64,000 nt of DNA from a bacterium. Lineage in GTDB: Bacteria > Hinthialibacterota > Hinthialibacteria > Hinthialibacterales > Hinthialibacteraceae. Below the pieces are notes generated by a model. The model made no database searches. It saw only the letters and a program-made list of their open reading frames with translations, and was not told the origin of the DNA. The stretch lies in contig WGLV01000021.1 in assembly GCA_016125385.1 (NCBI GenBank), forward strand, positions 31,429-95,428. Reading direction: 5' to 3'. How positions within the stretch are numbered: the stretch's first letter is position 1; every line of letters begins with the position of its first letter. Below, one piece after another: positions 1 through 10,605 of this stretch. Both the position numbers and the translations under genes were made by a program.

Positions 1-115
1 GAGGCGTTACGCCCGCCGTAAGAAGCGATAGCGCGAAGTCATACAAGCGAACGCCGATCGTTACGGCGTATCTCCGCCGAAGGGAATCTTCGGGCAATTT
101 GTTTGTTGGCTGCAT
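1..115 (-). CDS. 5' part (truncated by window edge) of a probable polysaccharide flippase / Wzx-like protein
   Basis: Manual translation from ATG at 115 (preceded by AGGA): MQPTNKLPEDSLRRRYAVTIGVRLYDFALSLLTAGVTP, resembling flippase N-termini; next to glycosyltransferase genes. Confidence 0.45.
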   Translation of the reverse strand, partial: MQPTNKLPEDSLRRRYAVTIGVRLYDFALSLLTAGVTP

Positions 116-249
116 GTTTTTCCTGAAAAACCATTCAATCAATGACATGAAAGACTACGCGTCAATGCGAGCGATTCTGTTGATCGATAGAGGCGTTTAA
201 GGAATAATACGGCGGGCTTTTCATTCCACACGCGTATTCCCGGTGAACC

Positions 250-1083
250 ATGGCTGACGATGAAAACAAGAAATCCGCTGAAGTCCGTTTCGCATTCGGT
301 TCGAATTGGACCGAATTTTTACGGAAACTGAACGACGAACGTATTCAAGAAGCGGAAAAATCGATTCAAGACAAACTCAAACTCGAATCGCTCGCCGGGC
401 TTATATTCGTCGACGCAGGCTCTGGGAGCGGCTTGTTTTCTCTGGCGGCCAAACGGCTGGGCGCCGCAGTGCATTCTTTCGATTACGATATCCAGTCCGT
501 CGAATGCACCCGGGAATTGAAACGCCGTTTTTTCGCTGACGACGAACAATGGATCATCCAGCAGGGATCCGTTCTTGATTCCGACTTTCTGGCTTCGCTG
601 CCCCGCGCCGACGTGGTGTATTCATGGGGCGTGCTGCATCATACGGGCGCCATGTGGCAAGCTCTGGAAAACGTCACCGCTCTGGTCAAAGACGATGGGT
701 TTCTTTTTATTTCCATTTACAACGACCAGGGGTTGGAGAGCCGATTCTGGACGTGGATCAAAAAGCGATACAACCAGTCGCCCTTTTTTATCCGATGGGC
801 GTTTCTAGGCATCGCCTGGATACGATACTGGTTTCCCGCGCTGATTCACGATTTGAGACGCGGCCGGCTGTTTCCATCCTGGTATGAGTATACAAAAGAA
901 CGCGGCATGAGCCCGTGGCACGATCTGGTCGACTGGGTTGGAGGATATCCTTTTGAAGTCGCGATGCCCCACGAGATCGTCAATTTTTATATTGAGCGGG
1001 GTTTCAACCTGATACATCTGCACACGCTTTGCGGCGGTTCCGGGTGCAACGAATACGTATTCAAAAAAACGCCCGCGCGATAG
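250..1083 (+). CDS. Class I SAM-dependent methyltransferase (UbiG-like, polysaccharide-locus type)
   Basis: Motif I VDAGSGSGLFS, plus YSWGVLHHTG and DWVGGYPFE. Confidence 0.85.
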   Translation: MADDENKKSAEVRFAFGSNWTEFLRKLNDERIQEAEKSIQDKLKLESLAGLIFVDAGSGSGLFSLAAKRLGAAVHSFDYDIQSVECTRELKRRFFADDEQWIIQQGSVLDSDFLASLPRADVVYSWGVLHHTGAMWQALENVTALVKDDGFLFISIYNDQGLESRFWTWIKKRYNQSPFFIRWAFLGIAWIRYWFPALIHDLRRGRLFPSWYEYTKERGMSPWHDLVDWVGGYPFEVAMPHEIVNFYIERGFNLIHLHTLCGGSGCNEYVFKKTPAR

Positions 1084-1096
1084 AGCACTGGCGAAA

Positions 1097-2200
1097 TTAC
1101 TCCGCCGGAGCAGCGCAAGCCAGCAGCTCATCCCATCGTTGCATGATGATATCGGGATGGAGCCGCCGCATCGAACGGCGCGCTTCAGCGCCAAGCCGTT
1201 CACGAAGCGGCGCGTCGCTCATCAACCGTTCCATCGCTTCCGCAAGCGCTTTCACATCGCCCGATGTAATCAGAAGACCATTTACGCCATGCTCGATAAT
1301 ATCGCCGGGGCCGCTGGGCGCGTCAAAACTCACCGCCGCGCACCCGCAGGCCATCGCTTCACACAACGCGTTGGGAAACCCCTCATAACGCGAACTCAAT
1401 GCGAAGATGGACGAAGTCATATACAAATCCAGCGGGTCCGCATCGCGTCCAGCAAACTCAGCGCGCCCACGCAACAACAGCCGGTCGCGCCGCGCTTCCA
1501 GCTCGGTTCGCAATGATCCCTCTCCCACGATCACCAGGTTCCAATCAGGGTGCTTTTCCGCCACCGAAGCGAAGGCTTCAAGCAGAAAATCGAATCCTTT
1601 TTGAGTTTCGAGCCGTCCCACCGCGGCGATCTTCATCTCTCGAACTCGCGGGCTGGATGCCCCTTCCGTAAGAAACCGAGGCGTCAGCGGATTGGGAATC
1701 ACGTAAATTCCGCAGGGAATCATGCGGTCAAAATACGCTTTCGCATTTTGAGTCTGGACCACCAGCGCATGACAAAAGCGGTATGAAAAATCGCGGATCA
1801 TCTTCCAGAAGTTTGAAATCGAAGCCGATCGGGGATCAATACGTTCGGAAACGATCACCGGGGCGTTCAAGCCTCTCGCGGCCCAGATCGTCACAACGTT
1901 CACTTGATCCATAAAACTTACGATGACATCCGGCGCCAGTGAACGTAATTCGTCACGGACTTTCCGTATGCGCCTCCAGTTATTCATCAGTCCGGCGATT
2001 GGATTCGAAGATGGTTTCAAAAGATTCAAAGGCGTCCAACTGATGTTTTCGTGCAACAGGTAAAAAGGCGCCGTTGAACCATCGTCAAGGGTTAGAATGG
2101 TCACATCCCGGCCACGTTCGGCCCAATAGTTCGCCATCAAACTCATGACGCGTTCCGCTCCACCGCTGGTCAACGATGAGATCACCATACAGATTTTCAT
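1097..2200 (-). CDS. GT4 glycosyltransferase (AmsD/PglH-like)
   Basis: GGAERV N-terminus, GRL..QKGFD, SRYEGFPNALCEAMACG (EX7E). Confidence 0.9.
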   Translation of the reverse strand: MKICMVISSLTSGGAERVMSLMANYWAERGRDVTILTLDDGSTAPFYLLHENISWTPLNLLKPSSNPIAGLMNNWRRIRKVRDELRSLAPDVIVSFMDQVNVVTIWAARGLNAPVIVSERIDPRSASISNFWKMIRDFSYRFCHALVVQTQNAKAYFDRMIPCGIYVIPNPLTPRFLTEGASSPRVREMKIAAVGRLETQKGFDFLLEAFASVAEKHPDWNLVIVGEGSLRTELEARRDRLLLRGRAEFAGRDADPLDLYMTSSIFALSSRYEGFPNALCEAMACGCAAVSFDAPSGPGDIIEHGVNGLLITSGDVKALAEAMERLMSDAPLRERLGAEARRSMRRLHPDIIMQRWDELLACAAPAE

Positions 2201-2202
2201 GG

Positions 2203-3330
2203 TTATGATTTCGATCTCGAGCGACCAGCGGCCGCTTCAAGTAACACAGCTTCCCACTGATCGAATACTCCGTCAGGATGAAAACGCTCCAACACATCAA
2301 CCGCGCGGGAACCTAAAGTGGAGCGGAGATCCGGAGAATTCATTAATTCAACCAGCGATTCGCGAAACGTTTCCCAATCCCCATCAGGAACCAGAATCCC
2401 ATCGATCCGATCTCGGATAATGTTTCGCGGGCCGGAGGGGCAATCCATGCTGACAGACGGCATTCCAAGCGACATCGCTTCCAGCAGGCTATTAGGAAAC
2501 CCCTCAAACTCGGAGGTCAGGGTGAAAATATCGGCTTTTTTCAAATATGGGAACGGCGTTTTTTTTTCGCCCAGCAGTAGTACTCTGTCCTGTATGCGCA
2601 ACTCGTCAATCTGGTTTTCAAGCGAGGATCGTTGAGGGCCCTCTCCGATGACGATCAATCTCCAATCAGGGAAATCAGAGGCGACGTCCTTGAAGACTGA
2701 GATCAGCCGATCGAATCGTTTTTCAGCGGACAAACGTCCCATAGCCACAATGTAACGATACTCGCCGGTCATTTCTTTGCATGGTTCAACTTCATCGACA
2801 TGGAGAGGGAACACAGGATTAGGAATGACGGCGACGTTCCGATGGTACCCTTTCGACTCGATCCAATTTTTCAGATCCGGCGTTTGCACGACAAGCTTGC
2901 GCGCTCGAGGATAATACCAGCGGCAGAGCATCTTCCAGCGCCAGTTCATTGGAAGCAGCCGGATATCGGTGCGTTCAGCCACCACGACCGGCGTGCTTTT
3001 CGATCGCAACGCGCTCATGACACGGACGCCTATTGGAGAGGTAAAACCTACCACGGCATCAGGCCGCGTTTGAAGAATCGACTCCCGCATGGAGCGAGAA
3101 CGACGTTCCTGTCCAGCGATGTCATACCAGGCGCAATCGGCGAAAGCCTCCGGCTCGAACATCTCGCGCCGCACTCCGGAAGGGACTGTATAAAAATCTT
3201 CGTCGATGTTGGAATGCGGCGTTATCAAAATGATTTCGTGCTTTCGCTTATACAAACCTTCCGCCAGCTGGATCACGGCGCGTTCCGCTCCCCCGCAAAC
3301 CAGATGGCTGGAAACAAGCGTTATTCTCAT
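2203..3330 (-). CDS. GT4 glycosyltransferase (AmsD/PglH-like), paralog of the adjacent gene
   Basis: GGAERA, GRLSAEKRFD, SEFEGFPNSLLEAMSLG. Confidence 0.9.
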   Translation of the reverse strand: MRITLVSSHLVCGGAERAVIQLAEGLYKRKHEIILITPHSNIDEDFYTVPSGVRREMFEPEAFADCAWYDIAGQERRSRSMRESILQTRPDAVVGFTSPIGVRVMSALRSKSTPVVVAERTDIRLLPMNWRWKMLCRWYYPRARKLVVQTPDLKNWIESKGYHRNVAVIPNPVFPLHVDEVEPCKEMTGEYRYIVAMGRLSAEKRFDRLISVFKDVASDFPDWRLIVIGEGPQRSSLENQIDELRIQDRVLLLGEKKTPFPYLKKADIFTLTSEFEGFPNSLLEAMSLGMPSVSMDCPSGPRNIIRDRIDGILVPDGDWETFRESLVELMNSPDLRSTLGSRAVDVLERFHPDGVFDQWEAVLLEAAAGRSRSKS

Positions 3331-3340
3331 CAGCGCGCTC

Positions 3341-5242
3341 TCAATACGTTCCAGCGGAGCCGCCGTGCGTCAACCAGTCCTGCAACATCAGAATGGACCA
3401 TATCCGGTTAGAGAAATCGACCTGACCGCTTTTATGCCGCATCCAAAGCGATCGGACGGCGGCAGGAGAAAAGACGCCGGTTTGCTTCAGCGCGGATTCG
3501 GACAATAACTCTTCCGTCCAATCCAACAGGGCTGTCCTGATCCACTCTCCCACAGGGACGCCGAACCCCTGTTTGGGGCGTTCGAACATCGAGGCGGGGA
3601 CATAACGAGCCAACAGCCGCTTCAGTATTTTTTTTCCGGAGGCGCCATCATATTTCAGACTCAGTGGCAGAGTCCACGCCCATTCCACGATACGATGATC
3701 GAGCAGGGGTATCCGCGTTTCCAAACTGCACGACATCGCCGCACGATCCACTTTGACAAGAATATCGCCGGGCAAATACTGGAGCGAATCGCATGCCATG
3801 GCGAAGTGAACAGGCCCTTCCGCTTCAATCGAATTCCAATCGTCTTCGATGCCGGGAGGCGAGTCGAGTAAAGCATCTGACGCATAGAACTCATTGAACT
3901 GTCCGTGATACAGCGACTGATATGAATTAGAGGCGTATAAATGTTTTCGCCATCGAAATCGCTCGCTCCACCCGGCGAGATTCAGCACGTTGGCGCAACC
4001 CTCCCCGCATTTGAACGCGAAAGAAGCGGCGCGCGCCAGAGGCAGATATCGTTTACGCGCATTCCAGGCTCGTTCAAGAACTCGATAACGTGAATAGCCT
4101 CCAAACAACTCATCGCCGCCGTCACCCGAAAGCGCCACGGTTACTTTCTGTTTCGCCAGCCTGCATACAAGAACGGTGGGTACCGCGCTGCTATCGGCGA
4201 AGGGCTCGTCATAAATCGACGCGAGTTCGGGAATCACGTTCCAGGCTTCAGATGGAGAAACGATCAGTTCGGTGTGATCGGTGTGCAGATGGGACGCAAC
4301 CTCACGGGCGTAGTGCGACTCATCAAACGATTTTTCATGAAACCCGATCGAAAATGTTTTGACGTTAGAGCCGCCCAGCGATTGCATCAATGCCGTCACG
4401 CTGGATGAATCGATCCCGCCGGAGAGAAACGCGCCGACAGGCACATCCGCCTCTCGTTGTCCGCGAACCGCGTCCAACAAGAGCGTTTCCAACTCAGCCG
4501 CGGCATCGTCCTCACCGCCCCGAAAAGGCGTTTCCCGCCCCGCGCGGACAGCTTCAGCAAACGACCAGTATGGGCGGAACTCGCTTGTTCCATCCGGCTG
4601 AAGAACCGCAATGACGCCGGGAGTCAGTTTTTGAATCGATCGGTAAATGGAATACGGCGCGGGAATATACCCTCTGCGCATGAACAGGCGAATCGCCCGG
4701 CGATCGATTTCAAAATTCAGGCCCGGAACCGCGCGAAGCGATTTCAGCTCGCTCGCGGCCCACCAGGCGCCTTGATGCCAGCCATAGTAGAGCGGCTTTT
4801 CGCCCATCCGGTCACGAACGAGGTAAAGAACTTTGTTGACCCGGTCCCATGCCGCGAAGGCGAACATTCCAACGCATTTCCGGACCGTTGCGTCAACGCC
4901 ATGAAGCGCGACGCTTTCAAGCAGGACTTCCGTATCGGAGTTGGAATGGAATGCAACGCCCTTCTCCTCCAATTCACGGCGCAGGTCTCGCCAGTTATAT
5001 ACCTCGCCGTTATAGACCATCACCCAGCGTCCATCCCGCGAATGCATCGGCTGATGGCCGGCGGGCGACAGATCGAAAATAGACAATCGGCGATGGCCCA
5101 GCGCAATTCCTTTTTCAGAATCGCACCAGACGCCAGCGTCGTCAGGTCCACGATGGCTCATTTTTTCAAGCGCGCCATCAATCCAATCAGCTGGATTCAG
5201 CCATTCGGATTTTGGCGTCAACATGGCGAAAATACCACACAT
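3341..5242 (-). CDS. asnB: Asparagine synthase (glutamine-hydrolysing) family amidotransferase, probably sugar-amidating
   Basis: Start reset to MCGIFA (Ntn Cys) at 5242; HRGPD, HRRLSI, FLSGGIDSS, SGDGGDELFGGY. Confidence 0.9.
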   Translation of the reverse strand: MCGIFAMLTPKSEWLNPADWIDGALEKMSHRGPDDAGVWCDSEKGIALGHRRLSIFDLSPAGHQPMHSRDGRWVMVYNGEVYNWRDLRRELEEKGVAFHSNSDTEVLLESVALHGVDATVRKCVGMFAFAAWDRVNKVLYLVRDRMGEKPLYYGWHQGAWWAASELKSLRAVPGLNFEIDRRAIRLFMRRGYIPAPYSIYRSIQKLTPGVIAVLQPDGTSEFRPYWSFAEAVRAGRETPFRGGEDDAAAELETLLLDAVRGQREADVPVGAFLSGGIDSSSVTALMQSLGGSNVKTFSIGFHEKSFDESHYAREVASHLHTDHTELIVSPSEAWNVIPELASIYDEPFADSSAVPTVLVCRLAKQKVTVALSGDGGDELFGGYSRYRVLERAWNARKRYLPLARAASFAFKCGEGCANVLNLAGWSERFRWRKHLYASNSYQSLYHGQFNEFYASDALLDSPPGIEDDWNSIEAEGPVHFAMACDSLQYLPGDILVKVDRAAMSCSLETRIPLLDHRIVEWAWTLPLSLKYDGASGKKILKRLLARYVPASMFERPKQGFGVPVGEWIRTALLDWTEELLSESALKQTGVFSPAAVRSLWMRHKSGQVDFSNRIWSILMLQDWLTHGGSAGTY

Positions 5243-5243
5243 A

Positions 5244-6377
5244 TCAGGTATCGAGCCCGTTATAAAAGCGTGCGACGCAATCAACCACCCGGGCCTGCAT
5301 TTCCCCGGTGAGTTCGGGATAAATGGGCAGGGCCAGCGTGGTCTGAGCGGCCTCTTCACTGACAGGCAAATCGCCTGGCTTATAGCCAAGATCCGCGAAG
5401 CATTCCTGCAAATGAAGCGGAACGGGGTAATACACCTCGCACCCCACGCCGTTTTCAGAAAGAAAGCGCTTCAGCTCGTCTCGCCGCTGAACACGGATGA
5501 CGTATTGATTGAAAACATGGCGCGATTGCTTTACCGGCGGCGTGACGACCCGCCCATCGGTCAACCCCGCGTTATCGAACAGGCGGTCATAGCGTTCGGC
5601 GTTACGCTTGCGCGCGTCAGACCAGTCATCGAGATGGCGCAATTTGACGCGCAGCACGGCGGCCTGAATCGCATCGAGCCGGAAATTTCCGCCAACCATG
5701 GGGTGATAATATTTCGGCTCCATGCCATGCACACGCAACACGCGCAACTTTTCGGCGAGCGCGTCGTCATTCACCGTCACCATGCCGCCATCGCCGAATC
5801 CACCCAGATTCTTGGTCGGGAAAAACGAGAAGCATCCAACCGTTCCCATCGAACCGGCGCGGCGGCCCTGATATTCGGCGCCGATCGCCTGAGCTGCATC
5901 TTCGATGACGGGCAGTCCATGTTTTTCCGCCACGCCCAGAATGGGGGCCATCTCCGCGCACTGTCCATATAAATGAACAGGTATTATCGCTTTCGTTTTC
6001 GGCGTGATCGCCGCTTCGACCCGATCGGGGGAGATGTTGAACGTTTCCGGCTCAATGTCGACGAACACCGGCCGCGCGCCGAGGCGGTGAATCACCCCCG
6101 CCGTGGCGAAAAACGTGTATGCAGTCGTAATGACTTCATCGCCCGGGGCGACGCCCAACGCCATCAACGCGATCAACAGCGCATCGGTTCCCGAGGTGAC
6201 GCCGATAGCATGGCGGCATTGGGAATACGCCGCGATCTCGTCTTCGAGCGCTTGAACCTCCGGGCCGAGGACGAACATCTGCGATTCATACAATGGCTCA
6301 AGCGCACGGGCGATCTCATCTTTAATGAGCGCATACTGCGCCTTGAGATCAAGCAGAGGGACGGGCTGGAATTCCAT
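5244..6377 (-). CDS. DegT/DnrJ/EryC1/StrS PLP-dependent sugar aminotransferase
   Basis: [28 protein letters not shown]. Confidence 0.92.
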   Translation of the reverse strand: MEFQPVPLLDLKAQYALIKDEIARALEPLYESQMFVLGPEVQALEDEIAAYSQCRHAIGVTSGTDALLIALMALGVAPGDEVITTAYTFFATAGVIHRLGARPVFVDIEPETFNISPDRVEAAITPKTKAIIPVHLYGQCAEMAPILGVAEKHGLPVIEDAAQAIGAEYQGRRAGSMGTVGCFSFFPTKNLGGFGDGGMVTVNDDALAEKLRVLRVHGMEPKYYHPMVGGNFRLDAIQAAVLRVKLRHLDDWSDARKRNAERYDRLFDNAGLTDGRVVTPPVKQSRHVFNQYVIRVQRRDELKRFLSENGVGCEVYYPVPLHLQECFADLGYKPGDLPVSEEAAQTTLALPIYPELTGEMQARVVDCVARFYNGLDT

Positions 6378-6502
6378 GATTAAGGTTCGTTATTGAAGGA
6401 GGTTATACGAATCAGAAGCGGTTCGGGCAGGCTTCGCCCCTGTCAGCGGTTCCGAAGCAGGGAAGCGCATGCAGGATTATGCAATATTCAAATTATGAAT
6501 AA

Positions 6503-6532
6503 AGAATAATGCCGCAAGAACCGCTTTGTCAA
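6503..6532 (-). promoter_or_regulatory. Putative sigma70 promoter for the polysaccharide operon
   Basis: Minus strand TTGACA-18 nt-TATTCT upstream of the aminotransferase. Confidence 0.5.
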
Positions 6533-6753
6533 TACTTTTTTCAGGGGCAGGGCGATTTTTTCATACAAATACCATCACCCGAAGCCGCTGCCGAAGCCAA
6601 ATGGCCCTTCACCTCTGTGGAATATTGTCAAAACTCACTGCGCCACCACCACATCTTGTATCATGATCCATGATTCCACACTAGCGGCACGGCGTTAATC
6701 GTTCGAAATGAAGTAGCAATCCGTTCTGGAAAAAATCGGTACGGTTTTTCTCG

Positions 6754-6781
6754 TTGACGTTGATCGGGAATCCAGTATATT
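6754..6781 (+). promoter_or_regulatory. Putative sigma70 promoter for xth
   Basis: TTGACG-16 nt-TATATT. Confidence 0.5.
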
Positions 6782-6847
6782 GCAGAACCATCTCTGAATT
6801 CTCATCATGTGGCGCTATCACCTGCTACCAAAAGGCGAAAACGAGCG

Positions 6848-7600
6848 ATGAAACTGATTTCATGGAACGTAAACGGGATTCGGGCGGCGGTAAAGAAAGG
6901 CTTGCTTGATTTCGTGGCGGAAGCCGATCCCGACGTACTCTGCCTGCAGGAGACCCGCGCCATGCCCGATCAGGTCGAGCTGCCCTGGCCTCACTATCAC
7001 GCCTTCTGGAACCCGGCTGAAAAGAAAGGCTACTCGGGCGTGGCGATCTTCAGCAAAACCGAACCGCTGAAGGTCACTTATGGAATCAACCTGCCCGAAC
7101 ACGACAACGAAGGGCGGGTCGTCACCGCCGAGTATGACGATTTTTACCTGGTGAACGTCTATACCCCCAACTCACAACGCGGACTCACACGTCTGGAGTA
7201 TCGCACCCGGGAATGGGAGGGCGTGTTTCTGAAATACCTGAAGAAGCTGGAAAAAAAGAAGCCGGTGGTGTTTTGCGGAGACCTCAACGTGGCGCACACC
7301 GAGATCGATCTCGCCAACCCCAAAAGCAACGAGCGCAACGCGGGATTCACTATTGAAGAACGGCAATGCTTCGACAAGGTGCTCGCCGCCGGATTCATCG
7401 ATACGTTTCGTGAGTTTACCAAAGAAGGCGGTCATTACACCTGGTGGAGCAACTTCGGCCGGGCGAGAGAAAAGAACGTAGGGTGGCGCATCGATTATTT
7501 CTGTATCTCGCCCGCGCTGCGCCCGCGGCTGAAAGAATCGATTATTCTTCCTCACGTGATGGGGTCGGATCACTGTCCGATTCAGATTGTGCTGGATTAG
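6848..7600 (+). CDS. xth: Exodeoxyribonuclease III / AP endonuclease
   Basis: MKLISWNVNGIRA, LCLQET, GYSGVA, GDLNVAH, GWRIDYF, SDHCP; start reset to ATG at 6848. Confidence 0.95.
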   Translation: MKLISWNVNGIRAAVKKGLLDFVAEADPDVLCLQETRAMPDQVELPWPHYHAFWNPAEKKGYSGVAIFSKTEPLKVTYGINLPEHDNEGRVVTAEYDDFYLVNVYTPNSQRGLTRLEYRTREWEGVFLKYLKKLEKKKPVVFCGDLNVAHTEIDLANPKSNERNAGFTIEERQCFDKVLAAGFIDTFREFTKEGGHYTWWSNFGRAREKNVGWRIDYFCISPALRPRLKESIILPHVMGSDHCPIQIVLD

Positions 7601-8426
7601 CCGCCACGTATTGGTCAAGAAAGCGATCGATGCCTTCAAGGTATCGATCTTCGCTCAGCAGGAACCCTTCGTTGTGCAGCCCGGCGATTTCGAGAAATTC
7701 TTTCGGCGGGTTGGCGGCGGCGAAGATCTCGCGCCCGTGATGAAACGGGATCAACTCGTCATCCGGGCTGTGAATCACCAGCATGGGCGCTCGGACCCGG
7801 CTGATTTTGGCGAGATTGTCATAATGGATCGCCGACACCCATTTCACCGGAAGCATGGGATAAATCTCCCGCCCAAGCCCGGGGATTGATGTGAATCCAC
7901 TCTCAAATATCAGCGCATCGGGCCGTTGAGCCGACGCAACGTCAACCGCCGTCGCCGCGCCGAGCGAGCGGCCGAACACCACCAGCGGCAGCCCGGGCGT
8001 CTTCCCCTTAAGCCATTCATACGCGGCGGCCGCATCAAGGTACGTGCCTTTCTCGCTCAGCCGGCCCCGGCTCACTCCATAGCCGCGATAATCAAAAATG
8101 AACACGTTGAGCGCCAGCGAGTGAAACTGGCGCAGCGCTTCAAGACGATAACTGATGTTGCCCGCGTTGCCGTGACAGAAAAGCAGGGAGGCGCGCGCCT
8201 CGGGATGGGGCAGATACCACGCCGAAAGCGTTGCTCCATCAGCGGCGTGAAGCGTAACGATTTCGTACTCGAGGCCGATTTGAGACGGGTCGGCGATCAG
8301 ATCCCGCCGGGGAACCCAGACGTTCATGCGCTCAAACTGGCGCAACGCGAAAAACGCCGCCACACCGAGCGCCATGATGAACAGCAGGGTATAAAGCATC
8401 ATTCGTACAAACCGGCTCGAAGGCAT
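7542..8426 (-). CDS. Alpha/beta hydrolase (ABHD13/BEM46-like) with N-terminal membrane anchor
   Basis: HGNAGN, DYRGYG, GRSLG nucleophile elbow, Asp and His of the triad. Confidence 0.85.
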   Translation of the reverse strand: MPSSRFVRMMLYTLLFIMALGVAAFFALRQFERMNVWVPRRDLIADPSQIGLEYEIVTLHAADGATLSAWYLPHPEARASLLFCHGNAGNISYRLEALRQFHSLALNVFIFDYRGYGVSRGRLSEKGTYLDAAAAYEWLKGKTPGLPLVVFGRSLGAATAVDVASAQRPDALIFESGFTSIPGLGREIYPMLPVKWVSAIHYDNLAKISRVRAPMLVIHSPDDELIPFHHGREIFAAANPPKEFLEIAGLHNEGFLLSEDRYLEGIDRFLDQYVAANPAQSESDSDPTPSREEE

Positions 8427-8484
8427 CGTGAAAACTCAACTGGAAATCGGAGAAGAGAATGAGGGAGGGAATTCAAAAGATCAG

Positions 8485-8573
<89 letters not shown>

Positions 8574-8651
8574 CTGATCCTGTTGTCAAAGAATACGCGA
8601 ATCAAATGCTTCGTGTTGAAACCCTCGCCGTCCGGTTTCGAGTCTTGAGAA

Positions 8652-8739
8652 CGGTGGGGGTGGGATTCGAACCCACGGTACGGTTCCCCGCACTCCGGTT
8701 TTCAAGACCGGCGCCTTAAACCAACTCGACCACCCCACC
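8652..8739 (-). tRNA. tRNA-Ser(TGA), CCA not encoded
   Basis: GGTGGGGTGGTCGAGTTGG...CCGGTCTTGAAAACCGG, long variable arm, GGTTCGAATCC, CCCCACCG. Confidence 0.95.
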
Positions 8740-9069
8740 AATGAGGTTCGTGAACCGGCATGGGTTTCAGCCTACGTTTATATCTCAGAACCGGCGTTCA
8801 TTCAAGGAATTCGACCGGCGCGAACCGGGTTTTCCGGCTGGATTCGCCGTTTTCACACGGAAACAGGCAAAGAGCCGGATTCAGAATTCAATTTCATTGT
8901 ACCATCGAAGAAGGTCATATCACGGTTACCGTCAATTCGCTTCAACCGTGTTTGTACAGAGGTTTTTTCACCGCTGGGATCGATGGCTCAGAAACGGCGT
9001 GGATGGTTAGTCATTTCATGGGATTCACTATATAATTAAAGAGCCTATATCAGAGACGAGAGAAGTACG

Positions 9070-10557
9070 TTGAAAGCCCGATTTATATTCACATCCCTGT
9101 TTTTCATCCTTGGCCCGATCAGTTGGGCTGGCGGCCCGCTCAAGGTCTATAACGACAAACCCGTCACATGGAATTCAAGCGATTATCCAATTCAATGCAA
9201 CATTGACATCGGCGGGCTGGGTTCATTTTCAAACGAAGACGCCCGCGCGCTGATCGTGAACGCTTTCGACGTCTGGCAGTCGGTGGACGGAACGGCGATC
9301 CGTTTTGAAGCCGGCCCCAACCTGCCTGACGACGTCAACGGGCAGAATTTCAATCTATATCTGGATGGGCGGATCGAGGGGCTGAATCCTATCATTTTCG
9401 ATTCAGACGGTTCAATCACCGACGCGATATTCGGACAGAACGCCAAGGATGACATTCTTGGGTTCGCCAGCATCACCCGCAGCAACCAGAACCGCATTCT
9501 CTCATCGCAGGCGATTTTTAACGGCGTTTACATCACCGAAAATCAGATCACTCCCCAGAGTTTTCACCCGACGATTCTGCATGAACTCGGTCACTGGATC
9601 GGACTCGATCACGCCCAGCTGTTCAGGCATCTCGCCACGGACGGCGTGGGCTGGAACGACTCGTGGGTTCCTATCATGTTCCCCACCACCACCGACGATG
9701 AAAGCGTTCGGCAAAGCCTGACCGATGACGACCAGCATGCCATCACCGTGCTATACCCCGCGCCGGGCGTGCTGGAGTCGAGAGCGGCCATCACCGGGCA
9801 TATCCTGCAATCGGCCAAGAACAAACCGGGTATGAACGTGATCGCGCGGCGGGTGGGCTCCGTGACCGACCAGATCTACAGCACGGTTTCGGGAACATAC
9901 AAAAACAACGGCGGCGATTTTGAATTCAGGGGATTGCCGCCGGGCGACTACCAGATTTACATCGAACCCATCGATCCGCTGTACCGGGGCAGTTCATCGG
10001 TCGGCCGATACGCCACCTCGATCAACAGCCCTTCGTTTCAAGATCCGCCGCCATCGCAGTTTTATCACGACCGCGACGATGGACTGGCGCGCAGTTCGTG
10101 GGAAACGATTCACGCCGGCGCGGGTGAAACAGTGGAGCACATCAACTTTCTGCTCGATAACGACGTGGCGCTGTTTGATGAAAACAACACGCAACTGATC
10201 GGGATCCCCGACGAACAGACCGGGGGGCTGCCGGGCGAGAGCATCTCTCAGTTTCAGTTCATCTTTGGAATGACCGGCGCCGAATACGGCGTCAAGATTC
10301 GCGTCACTGGAACTCCCGGCGTGCAGTACGACCTGCTGGTCGATATGGAACGCCGGCCAGGCCCCTTCGCGCCCGCGGCCGCGTCATGCCGGAACGGCGT
10401 CGCGGAATTCATTCTGAACGAAGACAGCGAGCCGCCTCTTCTGGGAGCGCGGTATTTCGTCGCCGTGCGGAATAATTCCAGGCAAGACCTGTCATACCGG
10501 ATCGAGACTCAATCCATTACGGCGTCAGCCGGCCCCGGCTATGAACTCTACCGCTAG
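9070..10557 (+). CDS. Secreted matrixin-like (metzincin) metalloprotease with C-terminal beta-sandwich domains
   Basis: Signal peptide, HELGHWIGLDH zinc motif, Met-turn IMFP, GDFEFRGLPPGDY carboxypeptidase-regulatory-like domain. Confidence 0.8.
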   Translation: MKARFIFTSLFFILGPISWAGGPLKVYNDKPVTWNSSDYPIQCNIDIGGLGSFSNEDARALIVNAFDVWQSVDGTAIRFEAGPNLPDDVNGQNFNLYLDGRIEGLNPIIFDSDGSITDAIFGQNAKDDILGFASITRSNQNRILSSQAIFNGVYITENQITPQSFHPTILHELGHWIGLDHAQLFRHLATDGVGWNDSWVPIMFPTTTDDESVRQSLTDDDQHAITVLYPAPGVLESRAAITGHILQSAKNKPGMNVIARRVGSVTDQIYSTVSGTYKNNGGDFEFRGLPPGDYQIYIEPIDPLYRGSSSVGRYATSINSPSFQDPPPSQFYHDRDDGLARSSWETIHAGAGETVEHINFLLDNDVALFDENNTQLIGIPDEQTGGLPGESISQFQFIFGMTGAEYGVKIRVTGTPGVQYDLLVDMERRPGPFAPAAASCRNGVAEFILNEDSEPPLLGARYFVAVRNNSRQDLSYRIETQSITASAGPGYELYR

Positions 10558-10605
10558 GTTCAGCCCTGTTTCACGGCGAGTGTTGACCGCCAGACCGGCG
10601 GCGAT

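Noticed and set aside
5243..5389. N-terminal extension of asnB in the ORF track
   Set aside because: It overlaps the aminotransferase gene, and Ntn amidotransferases need the Cys at the N-terminus (MCG at 5242)
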